Source: a virus (Duplodnaviria; Caudoviricetes). Taken from it: a DNA stretch of 63,858 nucleotides. The stretch is taken from positions 1 to 63,858 of IMG/VR virus record IMGVR_UViG_3300045282_000203. One strand, given 5' to 3'. Below, in pieces: positions 26,843 to 36,707 of this stretch. How positions within the stretch are numbered: the stretch's first letter is position 1; every line of letters starts with the position of its first letter. The position numbers and the translations under genes are program-made. The notes beneath the pieces are model-generated. The model saw nothing but the letters and a program-made list of their open reading frames with translations, was not told where the DNA came from and made no database searches.

Positions 26843-27682
26843 ATGAAACTCCGCGCCCAGGGCACCCAGCCCATCCTGCTCACCGCCGTTCGCCCGAACG
26901 TGGGAGAGGCCGTGGCCTACCGGCACGCGCTGGAGCGGTTGATCGACGCGATGCACGCCAGCGTCTACTACTGGGTGCAGAGCGCGTGGCAGCGGAGCGG
27001 CCTGGCCCAGGACGCGCAGAGCCCGCGGGCTCAGCTCTCGGAGCAGATGGCCAAGCTCGCCCAGCAGTGGCAGAGCAGCTTCGACGAGCAGTCAGCGCTC
27101 ATCGCCCGTCGCTTCGCGAAGAACAGCAAGCGGCAGCACGACGTCTCCTTCAGCTCCTCGCTCAAGGAGGCAGGGTTCGCGGTCTCCGTGCAGAGCCTCC
27201 CTGAGATCGACTCCGTGCTCGAGGGCGTGGTGGTTGAGAACGTGGACCTGATCAAGAGCATCCCCGCCGAGTACTTCGAGGACGTCACGGCCCACATCAT
27301 GGAGAGCGTGGAGAAGGGGCGCGCGATGAAGGAGGTGACCCACTACCTGCAGGACCGCTACGGGATCACGCGTCGCAGGGCTGCGCTCATCGCCCGAGAC
27401 CAGAACAACAAGGCCTCTGCGCTCATCCACCGCGTGAGGCAGAAGCAGGTCGGCATCACTGAGGCGGTCTGGGTCCACACCACCGCGAGCAAGACGCCTC
27501 GTGAGGAGCACGAGGGGTGGGGTGATGAGGGCACGCGGTACAACATCGACGAGGGGATGTGGTCAGAGGAAGACGAGGAGTTCGTCTGGCCGGGTACCCC
27601 GGTGAACTGCGGGTGCACGTGCCTCTCGGTCGTGCCCGGGTCTGAGGAAGAGAGTGAAGGAGACGATGATGAAGTCGCTTAG
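26843..27682 (+). CDS. MuF/gp7-like head morphogenesis protein
   Basis: ENVDLIKSIP, RAALIARDQNNK, WVH..PREEH, PGTPVNCGC. Confidence 0.88.
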   Translation: MKLRAQGTQPILLTAVRPNVGEAVAYRHALERLIDAMHASVYYWVQSAWQRSGLAQDAQSPRAQLSEQMAKLAQQWQSSFDEQSALIARRFAKNSKRQHDVSFSSSLKEAGFAVSVQSLPEIDSVLEGVVVENVDLIKSIPAEYFEDVTAHIMESVEKGRAMKEVTHYLQDRYGITRRRAALIARDQNNKASALIHRVRQKQVGITEAVWVHTTASKTPREEHEGWGDEGTRYNIDEGMWSEEDEEFVWPGTPVNCGCTCLSVVPGSEEESEGDDDEVA

Positions 27683-27700
27683 TCCCACCAACCGAGGAGC

Positions 27701-28927
27701 TTGACCGTGCCCAAGCACCCGCTCATCCTAGCAGAAACGATCTCAGGTGTCTTTCAACTTCCAGATGACGGAGTTCCCGTGAAGCACCCACCTTTCTTAG
27801 CCCTCACTATCTCCGGCCTCTACCAGCTACCTGACAGCTACGGCACCGGTCCCTACCCCGTCGTCACGCTGGACACGATCACCGGTGCCAACTTCGGCCA
27901 GCTGCGTACGACGATGGATGGCGCACCTGTTCTCACCGCCACCCTCTCTGCCAACGATCAGGATGTCGCTGGCACCTACACGCTCAGGGCACGTGGCGCT
28001 CTGGTAGGCGGGGCCGGGGTCCCTGACGATGACCTCCTGCTCAAGTGGGCTGGGCAGACTCTCGGGGTGGCTGAGAGCTCTGAGCTCGTCCTCGCCTCTT
28101 CCTCAGACGTGGTATCTACCACGTTGCAGCTTGGCCTGACGCCTCCCGCCACCGATGCCACCAGCTCCACCGGGGTCGTGATCTTCGATCTCTACACCGA
28201 CGGTGTTCTCACCCAGGAGAACGCGGCATCGCTGGTGGTCAGCTTCACATCGGCGGTGTCAGGGGTGTTCGACTCGCCCGCACCCGCGTACATCTGGGAG
28301 AACCTCGTTCTCGTCCAGGGGTACAGTGCGGCTGTGGCCGCTGGCTACTCACAGGACTCGACACTGAGTGTGCAGAACCTGCAGGGGTGCACCTTCACCG
28401 GCACCTTCACCCCTCAACCGGCGCCTACCACCGGAGACATCACACAGAGCCGCTACCTCACCGGGTTCTCCGTCTCCTACACCTTCACCGCCTGCCCGCA
28501 GCACTTCACCTACGCGGGACTGAACTACCCAGGCCTCGGTGGCTTCATCGTTGATGGGGCTGCGGCCTTCGTCGCTGGTGGGGTGCTCAACTCGGTCACG
28601 CCACACCGGGTGGTGAGTCTCGTTACCACAGGGGCACACCTCACTCACACCTTCAGCTCCGCTGACCCTACCATCGAGGATGCGGGTCTGATCGCCAGGC
28701 CCTACCGCGCGTTCAGGATCGTAGCCACGCCTGGGCAGGTGCTCACCGCTGTCAACACACTGGGTGCTGATGTGGTGATGGAGGTCCTGAGCCCCTATGC
28801 GATCGTGACCGAGAGCCCCGCCAGCACCTGGACGCTCACCGATGGTGGTGAGTACCTGATCCGCTACATGCAGACCACCGGCATGCCGGTCTACGAAGCC
28901 TACGATAGCACTCTCACCCTCACCTAA
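27701..28927 (+). CDS. Putative virion structural/decoration protein
   Basis: Thr/Gly-rich beta-type sequence; tandem N-terminal repeat KHPxxLAxTISGxxQLPD. Confidence 0.5.
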   Translation: MTVPKHPLILAETISGVFQLPDDGVPVKHPPFLALTISGLYQLPDSYGTGPYPVVTLDTITGANFGQLRTTMDGAPVLTATLSANDQDVAGTYTLRARGALVGGAGVPDDDLLLKWAGQTLGVAESSELVLASSSDVVSTTLQLGLTPPATDATSSTGVVIFDLYTDGVLTQENAASLVVSFTSAVSGVFDSPAPAYIWENLVLVQGYSAAVAAGYSQDSTLSVQNLQGCTFTGTFTPQPAPTTGDITQSRYLTGFSVSYTFTACPQHFTYAGLNYPGLGGFIVDGAAAFVAGGVLNSVTPHRVVSLVTTGAHLTHTFSSADPTIEDAGLIARPYRAFRIVATPGQVLTAVNTLGADVVMEVLSPYAIVTESPASTWTLTDGGEYLIRYMQTTGMPVYEAYDSTLTLT

Positions 28928-28937
28928 GGAGATCACC

Positions 28938-29180
28938 ATGCACTACCGCAACGGACGTGAAGCTCAGAATGGCGATAAGATCGTGAAGCTGGAAGGTGGC
29001 AAGGTCGTGGCCTTCGGCACCCTGCAAGACGCCGTCCCCGGCAACGACTTCTGCAACGGCACCATCGTCATCGAGCAGCCCGCGAACGATTACGCTTGCC
29101 TCTGTGACTGCCTGCACGTCGATGATGTGGCTCAGCTCCTCACCGATGCCAACCTCAATCACCGTCCTGACGGCAAGTAG
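28938..29180 (+). CDS. Small conserved phage protein
   Basis: MHYRNGREAQNGD...CLCDCLHVDD; AAGGAG RBS. Confidence 0.65.
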   Translation: MHYRNGREAQNGDKIVKLEGGKVVAFGTLQDAVPGNDFCNGTIVIEQPANDYACLCDCLHVDDVAQLLTDANLNHRPDGK

Positions 29181-29201
29181 CTCTCACCAAGGAGAATCAG
29201 C

Positions 29202-29807
29202 ATGTCACTCTCGGTGGTCCGCACTTCCAACCCCGCCTTCTTCAACCTCGTTGATGGCAGCAACCCCGTGGGCACCGTCTCGGGAGTGATGGTCCTTGAC
29301 GGAGTGACCGGCAACCCGACGACACTGCCCACCGCGACGCGCACCTTCGTCAACACCGCTTACCGCTGCGTGTCAGCCTTCACGGGCGCGAGCGTCGGCG
29401 ACCTCATCTTCCAGTCTGATGAGTACGACCTCACCACCTCGCCGGCGACACTCGTCGGCACCGTCTGGCGCAACGCGACGCTCAGCACCGTGATCTCAGC
29501 CCCGGCTGCGACGAAGATCGTGCCCATCAGCCTGCCCACGGGGTACTCCTACACCAACGTGAACGCGAGTGGGAACACCACTATCGCCGCGGGTACGCTC
29601 AAGAGCCTGACCATCAACCGCAAGGGCACGGTGGCCTCCACCATCACCGTGTACGATGGCACCGACAACACCGGTCCAGTGGTCGCCATCCTCGACTCCC
29701 TGAACCTCTCCGGCACCTTCGAGCTCGGTCCGATCACCCTGGTCACCGGGCTCTTCATCGTGGCCACCGGCACCGTGGGCCCGAACTACACCGTCGCCTA
29801 CAAGTAG
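29202..29807 (+). CDS. Putative virion structural protein
   Basis: Thr-rich beta sequence; ITVYDG..GLFIV. Confidence 0.55.
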   Translation: MSLSVVRTSNPAFFNLVDGSNPVGTVSGVMVLDGVTGNPTTLPTATRTFVNTAYRCVSAFTGASVGDLIFQSDEYDLTTSPATLVGTVWRNATLSTVISAPAATKIVPISLPTGYSYTNVNASGNTTIAAGTLKSLTINRKGTVASTITVYDGTDNTGPVVAILDSLNLSGTFELGPITLVTGLFIVATGTVGPNYTVAYK

Positions 29808-29815
29808 GAGCTGCC

Positions 29816-31309
29816 ATGACCACCACGCTCACCCGCCCACCTCGCCAGGACGTCGTCCTCACCGACAAGCAGTCCGCCCGTCGCATCGACGAGCAGGGCT
29901 TCCTGCACGTGGATGGCTGCAATATCTCCAAGGCCTGCGTGAACCCCTACCGTGGCTCTGAGATCCCGAACTACCAAGCACTGGGTCTTGACCCGGTTAA
30001 GGTGTACCGGCTCTTCCGTGACCCTGAGGAGCTGGAGAAGGCGGCCGACACCTTCAACAACCTGCCGCTGATGGACAACCACATCGAGGTCTCGGCGTTC
30101 GACCTGGAGGACCCCGAGATCAAGAAGCACTGGGTGGGGAGCATCGGCAATGACGTCCGCTTCAAGGCCCCGTACCTCGTAGGTGGGTTGGTGGTGAACA
30201 CCGCTGGCGCGATCATGGGTGAGCAGAGCAAGGAGCAGACCGAGCTCTCCTGCGCCTATCGCTACGAGCTGGACATGACACCTGGTGTCTTTGATGGCCA
30301 GGCTTACGACGGCCGCATGACCAACATCCGCGGCAACCACGTGGCTCTGGTCGATGAGGGACGCGCTGGGCACGATGTCACGGTGAAGGACTCTGCGAGC
30401 AAGCTCATCACCGAGGTGAGGTTAGACATCACCGACCTGAGGAAGATCGTCGATGAGAGTCTCCGTCCCATCCGCAGGATGCTCGGCCTGGAGAAGACGG
30501 GTGGTGTCACCGCTGATGAGAACCCTGAGGGCATCAACCAGTACACAGGCAATCAGCTCTCAGAGAAGGCTGGTTCTGCGAGTGAGAAGGCAGAGAAAGC
30601 GAGTCAGGGTGCTGGCACGAAGGCATCGTTGCAGAAGGCTGCGAACCTCCAGCGTCAGGCTGCCCAAGCTCACAAGGATGCTGCCCTGACTCACAAGGCT
30701 GAGGGAAATATGCAGCGGGCTGAGTATCATGCTGGCAAGGTCCGCGAGCACGGTGCCGCGCTTCAGCAGCACAACCAGGAGCTCTCAACGATGCACGACT
30801 CCGTCACTGCTGACGCCACACCCGACCTCGCCCTCGACATCATCAAGCACGTGAAGGGCCACAAGGACTCAGCTGGCAAGTCTGCTCCCTGGGTCATCGT
30901 CTCCGAGAAGACGGGCAAGGTCATCTGGAGCGGAGGCTCCAAGGAGGCAGCGGTGAAGCAGCTGAGGAACGTGGAAGGCCACAAGGCCGATGACAAGAAG
31001 ATGCCGGTGCGCTCGAAGGGCGTGACGGTCGAGGATGACAACCCTGAGGGTGTGAATCAGTACACTGGTGGCAGCGGGAACGCCAAGGGCGGAGCAGCTT
31101 ACACCAAAGCTTCGAACGAGGCCTCACGGCTCTCACGTCAAGCGAATCGCAGTGGTAAGAGTTCTCATCATATCGCCGCTGCCCAGGCTCATGAGAATGC
31201 CGCAAGAGTTTCTCTCAATCGAGAGAGCAAGGCTCGTCATGAGTCCCAGGCTCGCAACTACCGCACCTTCGCCGCTGGAGCTCACGATTCAATCACCATC
31301 GACACCTAA
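29816..31309 (+). CDS. Prohead protease (DUF2213-type) with C-terminal cargo cassettes
   Basis: [50 protein letters not shown]. Confidence 0.88.
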   Translation: MTTTLTRPPRQDVVLTDKQSARRIDEQGFLHVDGCNISKACVNPYRGSEIPNYQALGLDPVKVYRLFRDPEELEKAADTFNNLPLMDNHIEVSAFDLEDPEIKKHWVGSIGNDVRFKAPYLVGGLVVNTAGAIMGEQSKEQTELSCAYRYELDMTPGVFDGQAYDGRMTNIRGNHVALVDEGRAGHDVTVKDSASKLITEVRLDITDLRKIVDESLRPIRRMLGLEKTGGVTADENPEGINQYTGNQLSEKAGSASEKAEKASQGAGTKASLQKAANLQRQAAQAHKDAALTHKAEGNMQRAEYHAGKVREHGAALQQHNQELSTMHDSVTADATPDLALDIIKHVKGHKDSAGKSAPWVIVSEKTGKVIWSGGSKEAAVKQLRNVEGHKADDKKMPVRSKGVTVEDDNPEGVNQYTGGSGNAKGGAAYTKASNEASRLSRQANRSGKSSHHIAAAQAHENAARVSLNRESKARHESQARNYRTFAAGAHDSITIDT

Positions 31310-31423
31310 CACCTATCAGAGGAGGCCAAGACGACGATCACGCATGATGATCACCCACAACACAACGTAAGACCGGCCAGCGAGCCGAGAGCAGGTAACC
31401 CAACCAACCCAAGGAGGCCCACC

Positions 31424-32329
31424 ATGGCCCGAAAGATCACCAAGCTGGGGCACACCGTCAAGGGTGCTCTCGGTGCGTACATCCGCCCGCGTCTTGCGGC
31501 TGATGCCGCGTTCAAGCCCGGTGAGCTGGATCAGCTGCTGAAGGAAGTGCCCGTTGCATCCTTCAAGGAGCAGATCCCTCTCATCACTAAGTCCGTCAAG
31601 ACCACCTTCAAGGACCGCTTCGCGGCCGACTCCAAGCTCGACGATCTCGAGGAGATGCTCGAAGAGCTGCAGGAAGGAGACGATCCCGATGACCTCGAGG
31701 AGGGAGAGGACAAGAAGGCCAAGGACAAGAAGGGCGGCGCCACCGACGAGGACGACATGGGCGAAGACGCTGAGGAGAACCCCGGCGAGAAGCTCATGAA
31801 GATGCTCGGCACCTACGACATCCCCGATGATGACCTCGAGACCCTCAACGGCCTCATCAGCTCCATGTCCAAGGCTGGTGGAAAGGACAAGAAGGCCAAG
31901 GACGAGAAGAAGGACTCCAAGATGAAGGACGAGAAGAAGGATGGTAAGAAAGACGACAAGAACGATGCACCCATGAAGGAGGTTCCCGTGACCAAGCCCG
32001 CGATGGATGCCGCGATCAAGCTCGCGTCCGACACCGCCGCCAAGGAGACGCGCAAGCAGCTCGCCGAGCTCTATGACGCCGCCGCGAAGGTGAAGCCCTA
32101 CGTGGGTGATATCAACGTGCTCGCCTTCGACTCCGCCAGCTCCATCTTCAAGATGGCTCTCGACGCGCACGAGGTCGAGACCAAGGACGTCCACCCCAGC
32201 GCCTACAGCTCGCTGCTTCAGCTGATCGACGCCAAGACGACCAGGGCCTCCAGCCCCGCCCTGGCCACCGACGCCGCTTCTCAGGCTGACTTCGAGAAGC
32301 GCTACACCCACATCCCCGCCCGGGCTTAG
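31424..32329 (+). CDS. Capsid scaffolding protein
   Basis: Acidic and Lys-rich, repeated AxD motifs, VKPYVG..AFDSA..IFKMAL; upstream of the capsid genes. Confidence 0.75.
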   Translation: MARKITKLGHTVKGALGAYIRPRLAADAAFKPGELDQLLKEVPVASFKEQIPLITKSVKTTFKDRFAADSKLDDLEEMLEELQEGDDPDDLEEGEDKKAKDKKGGATDEDDMGEDAEENPGEKLMKMLGTYDIPDDDLETLNGLISSMSKAGGKDKKAKDEKKDSKMKDEKKDGKKDDKNDAPMKEVPVTKPAMDAAIKLASDTAAKETRKQLAELYDAAAKVKPYVGDINVLAFDSASSIFKMALDAHEVETKDVHPSAYSSLLQLIDAKTTRASSPALATDAASQADFEKRYTHIPARA

Positions 32330-32341
32330 GAGGATACAACC

Positions 32342-33316
32342 ATGGGTTTCCAGAATCAAGTCAACCTTCAGCCCGCGCCTGGGGTAGTGGGCGCCATCGC
32401 GTCCATGAACCCTCTCGCCACCGTCGATGCTGGTCCTGGCGGTCTCACCGCTGGTGCCAACGGGGTCGCGGTCGGTCGCTTTGCGTGGAACACCTACGCC
32501 GTTGCCGGTGGCCCCGGTGTCGCCAACAACACTGCTGGCGGTGTGCCTCGCAAGCCGGACGGCTTCATCTCCAACCAGCAGCAGGGTCTCATCACTACGT
32601 ACCTCGCCGAGAGTGGCCTGCTCATCCCCAAGGGCAAGGAGGTCACCGAGCATCAGCGTGGTGACTTCTGGGTTTCCAGCACCCTGTCCGAGGCGGTCCT
32701 TGGCTACAAGGCCTTCGCCAATCTCTTCAGCGGCCAGGTTCTCATCGCCGCCGCTGGCGCCTTCCCGGTGAACGTGGTCGGGGCCGCTGCTAGTGTCACC
32801 GCGAGCACCGTCGCTGGTTCCTACACGATGACCATCTCCGCTACCGGCACCGCCGGTGTCAAGGTGGGTCAGCTCGTCATCGGCCTCGGTGTTCCTCCGA
32901 GCACCTACGTCGAGTCCATCGGCACCTACAACGGCACGTCTGGTACGATCTTCCTGTCCCAGGCTGCCACGCTCACCGAGACCGCGAAGACCTACACCAC
33001 CGCTCTCCCTGAGGCCACCGGTGGCTGGTCCGCCTCAGACGTCGACCTACTCACCACGAACATGTTCGTCGAGACGCTCACCAACGGCGTCATCGTCCCC
33101 GGGCAGATCGTTTCCGGTACCGGCATCCCCGCTGGCACCTACATCGTCGCACAGGTGGATGGCACCCCCGGCGCTGGTGGCAACTACACGCTCTCCGCAA
33201 GCTGCACCACGGAAACTGCGGAAGCCGTCACCGGCTCCGCGTGGATCGAGACGGACTGGTACTGCAACAGCGCCGGCAACGTCATGGACCTCGTCAAAAT
33301 CGGCGTGCGGAACTAG
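32342..33316 (+). CDS. Head decoration / minor capsid protein
   Basis: FQNQVN..PAPGVVG, GRFAW, GDFW, IETDW; internal GIPAGTYIV repeats. Confidence 0.75.
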   Translation: MGFQNQVNLQPAPGVVGAIASMNPLATVDAGPGGLTAGANGVAVGRFAWNTYAVAGGPGVANNTAGGVPRKPDGFISNQQQGLITTYLAESGLLIPKGKEVTEHQRGDFWVSSTLSEAVLGYKAFANLFSGQVLIAAAGAFPVNVVGAAASVTASTVAGSYTMTISATGTAGVKVGQLVIGLGVPPSTYVESIGTYNGTSGTIFLSQAATLTETAKTYTTALPEATGGWSASDVDLLTTNMFVETLTNGVIVPGQIVSGTGIPAGTYIVAQVDGTPGAGGNYTLSASCTTETAEAVTGSAWIETDWYCNSAGNVMDLVKIGVRN

Positions 33317-33328
33317 GAGGCCGCCCAC

Positions 33329-34378
33329 ATGCGACAGAACCCTCACATCTCTCTCCTGGCTGACCGCTTCGGCATCGTCTTCCCAGGCGCGACCGACTAC
33401 CGCGACTCCCAAACCGGCCGCATCGCCGCTGATCGCCTCATGGCGTTCGATGCCGCCCCCACCAACGCTCTTCAGGCCCAGATGGTCACCGCCCCTAACT
33501 CGGGCGTGCCCTTCTACCTCACCAACTTCCTTGACCCTGAGCTCACCCGGGTGCTGACCGCACCTCTAGAAGCTGTGGAGATCTTCGGAGAAGCCAAGAA
33601 GGGCGACTGGACTACCGACACCGCCACCTTCCCCATCATCGAGTCCACCGGTGAAACGTCCACCTACGGCGACCTGAACAACAACGGTCTGTCCGGCGCG
33701 AACGCCAACTTCGAACCTCGTCAGTCGTACCACTACCAGACCTTCACCCGGTGGGGCGACCGCGAGCTTGACAAGATGGGCACCGCCAAGATTGACTGGG
33801 CGGCCGAGCAGAACGTGGCCAGCGCCCTGACGCTGAACACCTTCCAGAACAACAGCTACTTCTTCGGCGTGCAGAACCTGGACAACTTCGGTCTGCTCAA
33901 TGACCCCACGTTGCCCGCGCCGATCGTCCCTCTCGCCTCTGCCTGGTCAGCCTCCACCGGCTTGCAGATCTGGGCCGATATCCAGAACCTCTATAAGCAG
34001 CTCTCCCGCCAGACCTTCGGACTCGTCAAGATGACCGATCCTCTGGTGATGGTCATGGATCCCTTCACCGTGGCCTACCTCCTCACCCCGATGCAGAACG
34101 TCTACGGCAATGCCACCGTCGCCCAGATGATCAAGGAGAGCTTCCCGAAGCTGGTGGTCAAGACCGCTCCGCAGTACGTGACGGCCGCTGGCAACCTCGT
34201 GCAGCTGTTCGCTCCTACCATCAAGGCTCAGAAGGTCGGCTTCAACTCCTTCACTGAGAAGATGCGCGCTCACGCCATCGTGCGCGACACCTCCTCGACC
34301 TACCAGAAGAAGTCTGGTGGCACGTGGGGCGCGATCGTGAAGGTCCCCGCCGGCATCGCTCAGCTCTTGGGCGTGTAA
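33329..34378 (+). CDS. Major capsid protein (DUF2184-type)
   Basis: KKGDW, RQSYHYQT..WGDRE, FFGV..L.NFGLLNDP, QKKSGGTWGA. Confidence 0.9.
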   Translation: MRQNPHISLLADRFGIVFPGATDYRDSQTGRIAADRLMAFDAAPTNALQAQMVTAPNSGVPFYLTNFLDPELTRVLTAPLEAVEIFGEAKKGDWTTDTATFPIIESTGETSTYGDLNNNGLSGANANFEPRQSYHYQTFTRWGDRELDKMGTAKIDWAAEQNVASALTLNTFQNNSYFFGVQNLDNFGLLNDPTLPAPIVPLASAWSASTGLQIWADIQNLYKQLSRQTFGLVKMTDPLVMVMDPFTVAYLLTPMQNVYGNATVAQMIKESFPKLVVKTAPQYVTAAGNLVQLFAPTIKAQKVGFNSFTEKMRAHAIVRDTSSTYQKKSGGTWGAIVKVPAGIAQLLGV

Positions 34379-34387
34379 TCAAACAAC

Positions 34388-34416
34388 GAGAGCCGAGGCA
34401 GCGTGCTTCGGCTCTC
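34388..34416 (+). terminator. Stem-loop after the major capsid gene
   Basis: GAGAGCCGAGGCA-gcg-TGCTTCGGCTCTC; weak U tract. Confidence 0.55.
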
Positions 34417-34453
34417 ACTCTGATCCAAACAACCATACACCACGGTGAAAAAC

Positions 34454-34864
34454 ATGGCTGAAGAAAAGAACTCCGGAATGGTCCTCGTCGGCTGCAAGCT
34501 GCCGCACGGTCTCAACCTCGACCTCTATGACGCTGGCAACAACCTCAAGCATCGTCAGAAGCTCCGCGGGATCATGGGGTTTCACATCCCCAACCCAGAT
34601 CGGAAGTTCGTGAATCCCGAGACCAGTTTTGGGCACACCATCACGCCCGTGCCCAGGGCTCACTGGGACGCGTGGCTCGAGAAGAACAAGAATCATCCTG
34701 CGATCGTCAACGGCTTCATCTACGTCGCGAAGAGCCAGAGTGACGCGGTGGCGATTGCCAAGGAGCACGAGAACGAGCTCACCGGAGCTGAGCAGCTGGA
34801 CCCCAAGAAGCAGGGTGACGTCGTGAAGCTAGACGAAGACCCCCGACCCCTCGAAGCCCGCTAG
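34454..34864 (+). CDS. Conserved virion-associated protein
   Basis: VGCKLPHGL, WDAWL..NK..NGFI, TGAEQLDP. Confidence 0.7.
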   Translation: MAEEKNSGMVLVGCKLPHGLNLDLYDAGNNLKHRQKLRGIMGFHIPNPDRKFVNPETSFGHTITPVPRAHWDAWLEKNKNHPAIVNGFIYVAKSQSDAVAIAKEHENELTGAEQLDPKKQGDVVKLDEDPRPLEAR

Positions 34865-34875
34865 CGGAGGATGAC

Positions 34876-35313
34876 ATGGCTGTAGTCAAGTTTGATGAGG
34901 CTGATTTCCTCAATGAGTACCCGGAGTTCACTGCCACCGTTGCCCTCTACCCCAGCAACAACATCGCGCAGCGTTGCTTCAACCAGGCGACACTCTACCT
35001 CGACAACCGTGACTGCAGCCGTGTTCCCATCCCGCCTCGCAAAGATCTTCTCAACATGCTCACCGCTCACATCCTGTGCATCCGCTTCGGCGTTCGTGGC
35101 AAGCCGCCCTCCGGGGCGGTAGGCCGCGTCGCCTCAGCTGGTCAGGGTTCGGTGAACGTGTCGTTGGAGATGGGGCCTGCCACCGATCAGAAGGCCTGGT
35201 ACGAGCAGACACCCTACGGCGCTGCCTACTGGCGAGCCTCTATGGCTTACCGGTCAGCGATGTACGTGCCGCCCTGCCAGGAGCCCGTTGAGATCTTCCT
35301 GAGGGAGGGCTGA
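34876..35313 (+). CDS. Head-tail adaptor (DUF4054-type)
   Basis: FLNEYPEF, LTAH, GRVASA.QGSV.VS, WYEQTPYGAAYW. Confidence 0.85.
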   Translation: MAVVKFDEADFLNEYPEFTATVALYPSNNIAQRCFNQATLYLDNRDCSRVPIPPRKDLLNMLTAHILCIRFGVRGKPPSGAVGRVASAGQGSVNVSLEMGPATDQKAWYEQTPYGAAYWRASMAYRSAMYVPPCQEPVEIFLREG

Positions 35314-35314
35314 C

Positions 35315-35812
35315 ATGGGACTCAGTGGTGGCGCTAAGCTCAAGGCCTTTCTCGACAAGCTCACGAAGTCTGTCGGTGAGGGTCAGAAGGTGGTGAGGGT
35401 CGGTTTCCTCGAGAACAGCACGGCTGGCATCAACAACGACGCCTCAGCACCTGAGGTCGCCTTCATCCTCGACCGAGGGGCTCCGGCAGCGAACATCCCT
35501 CCTCGTCCCTTCTTCCGTCAGTTCATCGAGAAGCGTCACGTGAGCTGGGGTGGAACTCTTGAGGCCTTCCTGAAGAAGAATCACTACAACGCGAGGCTGG
35601 CGCTCCTCGGCACCGGTCTCGTCATGGGGGAGCAGCTGCAGCTCGAGATCACCGAGCTCACCGAACCCCGCAACAAAGACTGGGCCGTCAAGGCGAAGGG
35701 CCACACCAAGCCTCTCGAGTGGTCCAAGAACATGAAGCGTGCGGTGGCAGCTGAGATCGACGATGAACGTGTGCCCGTCGACTCCTCATCTGACTCTGCC
35801 GGGAGCAAGTGA
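35315..35812 (+). CDS. Tail completion / neck protein
   Basis: VRVGFL, IPPRPFFR, KG..KPL. Confidence 0.75.
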   Translation: MGLSGGAKLKAFLDKLTKSVGEGQKVVRVGFLENSTAGINNDASAPEVAFILDRGAPAANIPPRPFFRQFIEKRHVSWGGTLEAFLKKNHYNARLALLGTGLVMGEQLQLEITELTEPRNKDWAVKAKGHTKPLEWSKNMKRAVAAEIDDERVPVDSSSDSAGSK

Positions 35813-36180
35813 TGGACCTCAACTTCCTCGCCAACTCTGCTATCACCAGCGTCAACCCGAACATCACCGCTACCCTCAAGCAGAGCACCGGCTACACCAC
35901 CTCTTCAAGTGGCAAGCGCACACCCGCCTACGCGACTACCACCGGCGACATCCAGGTCCAGGGCATGTCCGCCCAGGACCTCAAGCACACTGATGGCCTC
36001 AACCTCTCAGGGGTCCTCCGTCATGTCTGGTTCGAGGGAGACTGGGAGAGCGTCGTCAGGAAAGGAGCGAAGGGCGGTGATCTCATGATCTTTGATGGTG
36101 ACACCTGGTTGGTGGTTCACGTCATGGAGACGTGGGCTGACTGGTCATCCGTCATTATCCAGCTGCAGGTGGACGCATGA
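35809..36180 (+). CDS. Head-tail joining / closure protein
   Basis: VNPN, VQ..S..DL, GGDL, WLVVHV.ETW.DW. Confidence 0.7.
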   Translation: MMDLNFLANSAITSVNPNITATLKQSTGYTTSSSGKRTPAYATTTGDIQVQGMSAQDLKHTDGLNLSGVLRHVWFEGDWESVVRKGAKGGDLMIFDGDTWLVVHVMETWADWSSVIIQLQVDA

Positions 36181-36698
36181 GCAAGCCTGGTGTTGACATC
36201 ACCGAAGAGCAGATCTTAGATGCTCTGCGAGCATGGTTGATCCAGTATCTGGACTGCGAGATCGTCCAGGCCCAGGACAACCGCGTAGCACAACCAGTTG
36301 GTCCATTTGTCACCATGACCGCCTTGAACAAGCCTCGGCTCTCGACCAACACTGAGACCTGGGACAGTGACGACAATCTTGTGAAGGATGAAGCTTCTCT
36401 CAAGCAAGGTATCCAGCTCGACATCTACGGTCCGCTGAGCGGTGACTGGGCCGCTACCATCTCCCAGATGTTTCGCTCGCAGCGCGCCTGCGAGTTCTTT
36501 GAGGCCTATAGCGCAACACCTCTCTACAATGACGACCCTCACCAAGCACCTCTCATCGATGGTGAGGAGCAGTACGAACAGCGGTGGACGATCGACGTCT
36601 ACCTGCAGTACAACCCCACAGTGTCTTCGCCGCAGGACTTCGCCGACAACGTTGTCGTCGACATCCACGAAGTAGACGCCACCTACCCGCCCTCATAG
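36177..36698 (+). CDS. Tail/neck terminator protein
   Basis: QxNRV, RLSTN, QLDIYG, PLY.DDP.Q.P, EQYEQRW. Confidence 0.75.
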   Translation: MSKPGVDITEEQILDALRAWLIQYLDCEIVQAQDNRVAQPVGPFVTMTALNKPRLSTNTETWDSDDNLVKDEASLKQGIQLDIYGPLSGDWAATISQMFRSQRACEFFEAYSATPLYNDDPHQAPLIDGEEQYEQRWTIDVYLQYNPTVSSPQDFADNVVVDIHEVDATYPPS

Positions 36699-36707
36699 GA
36701 GGCTCTC

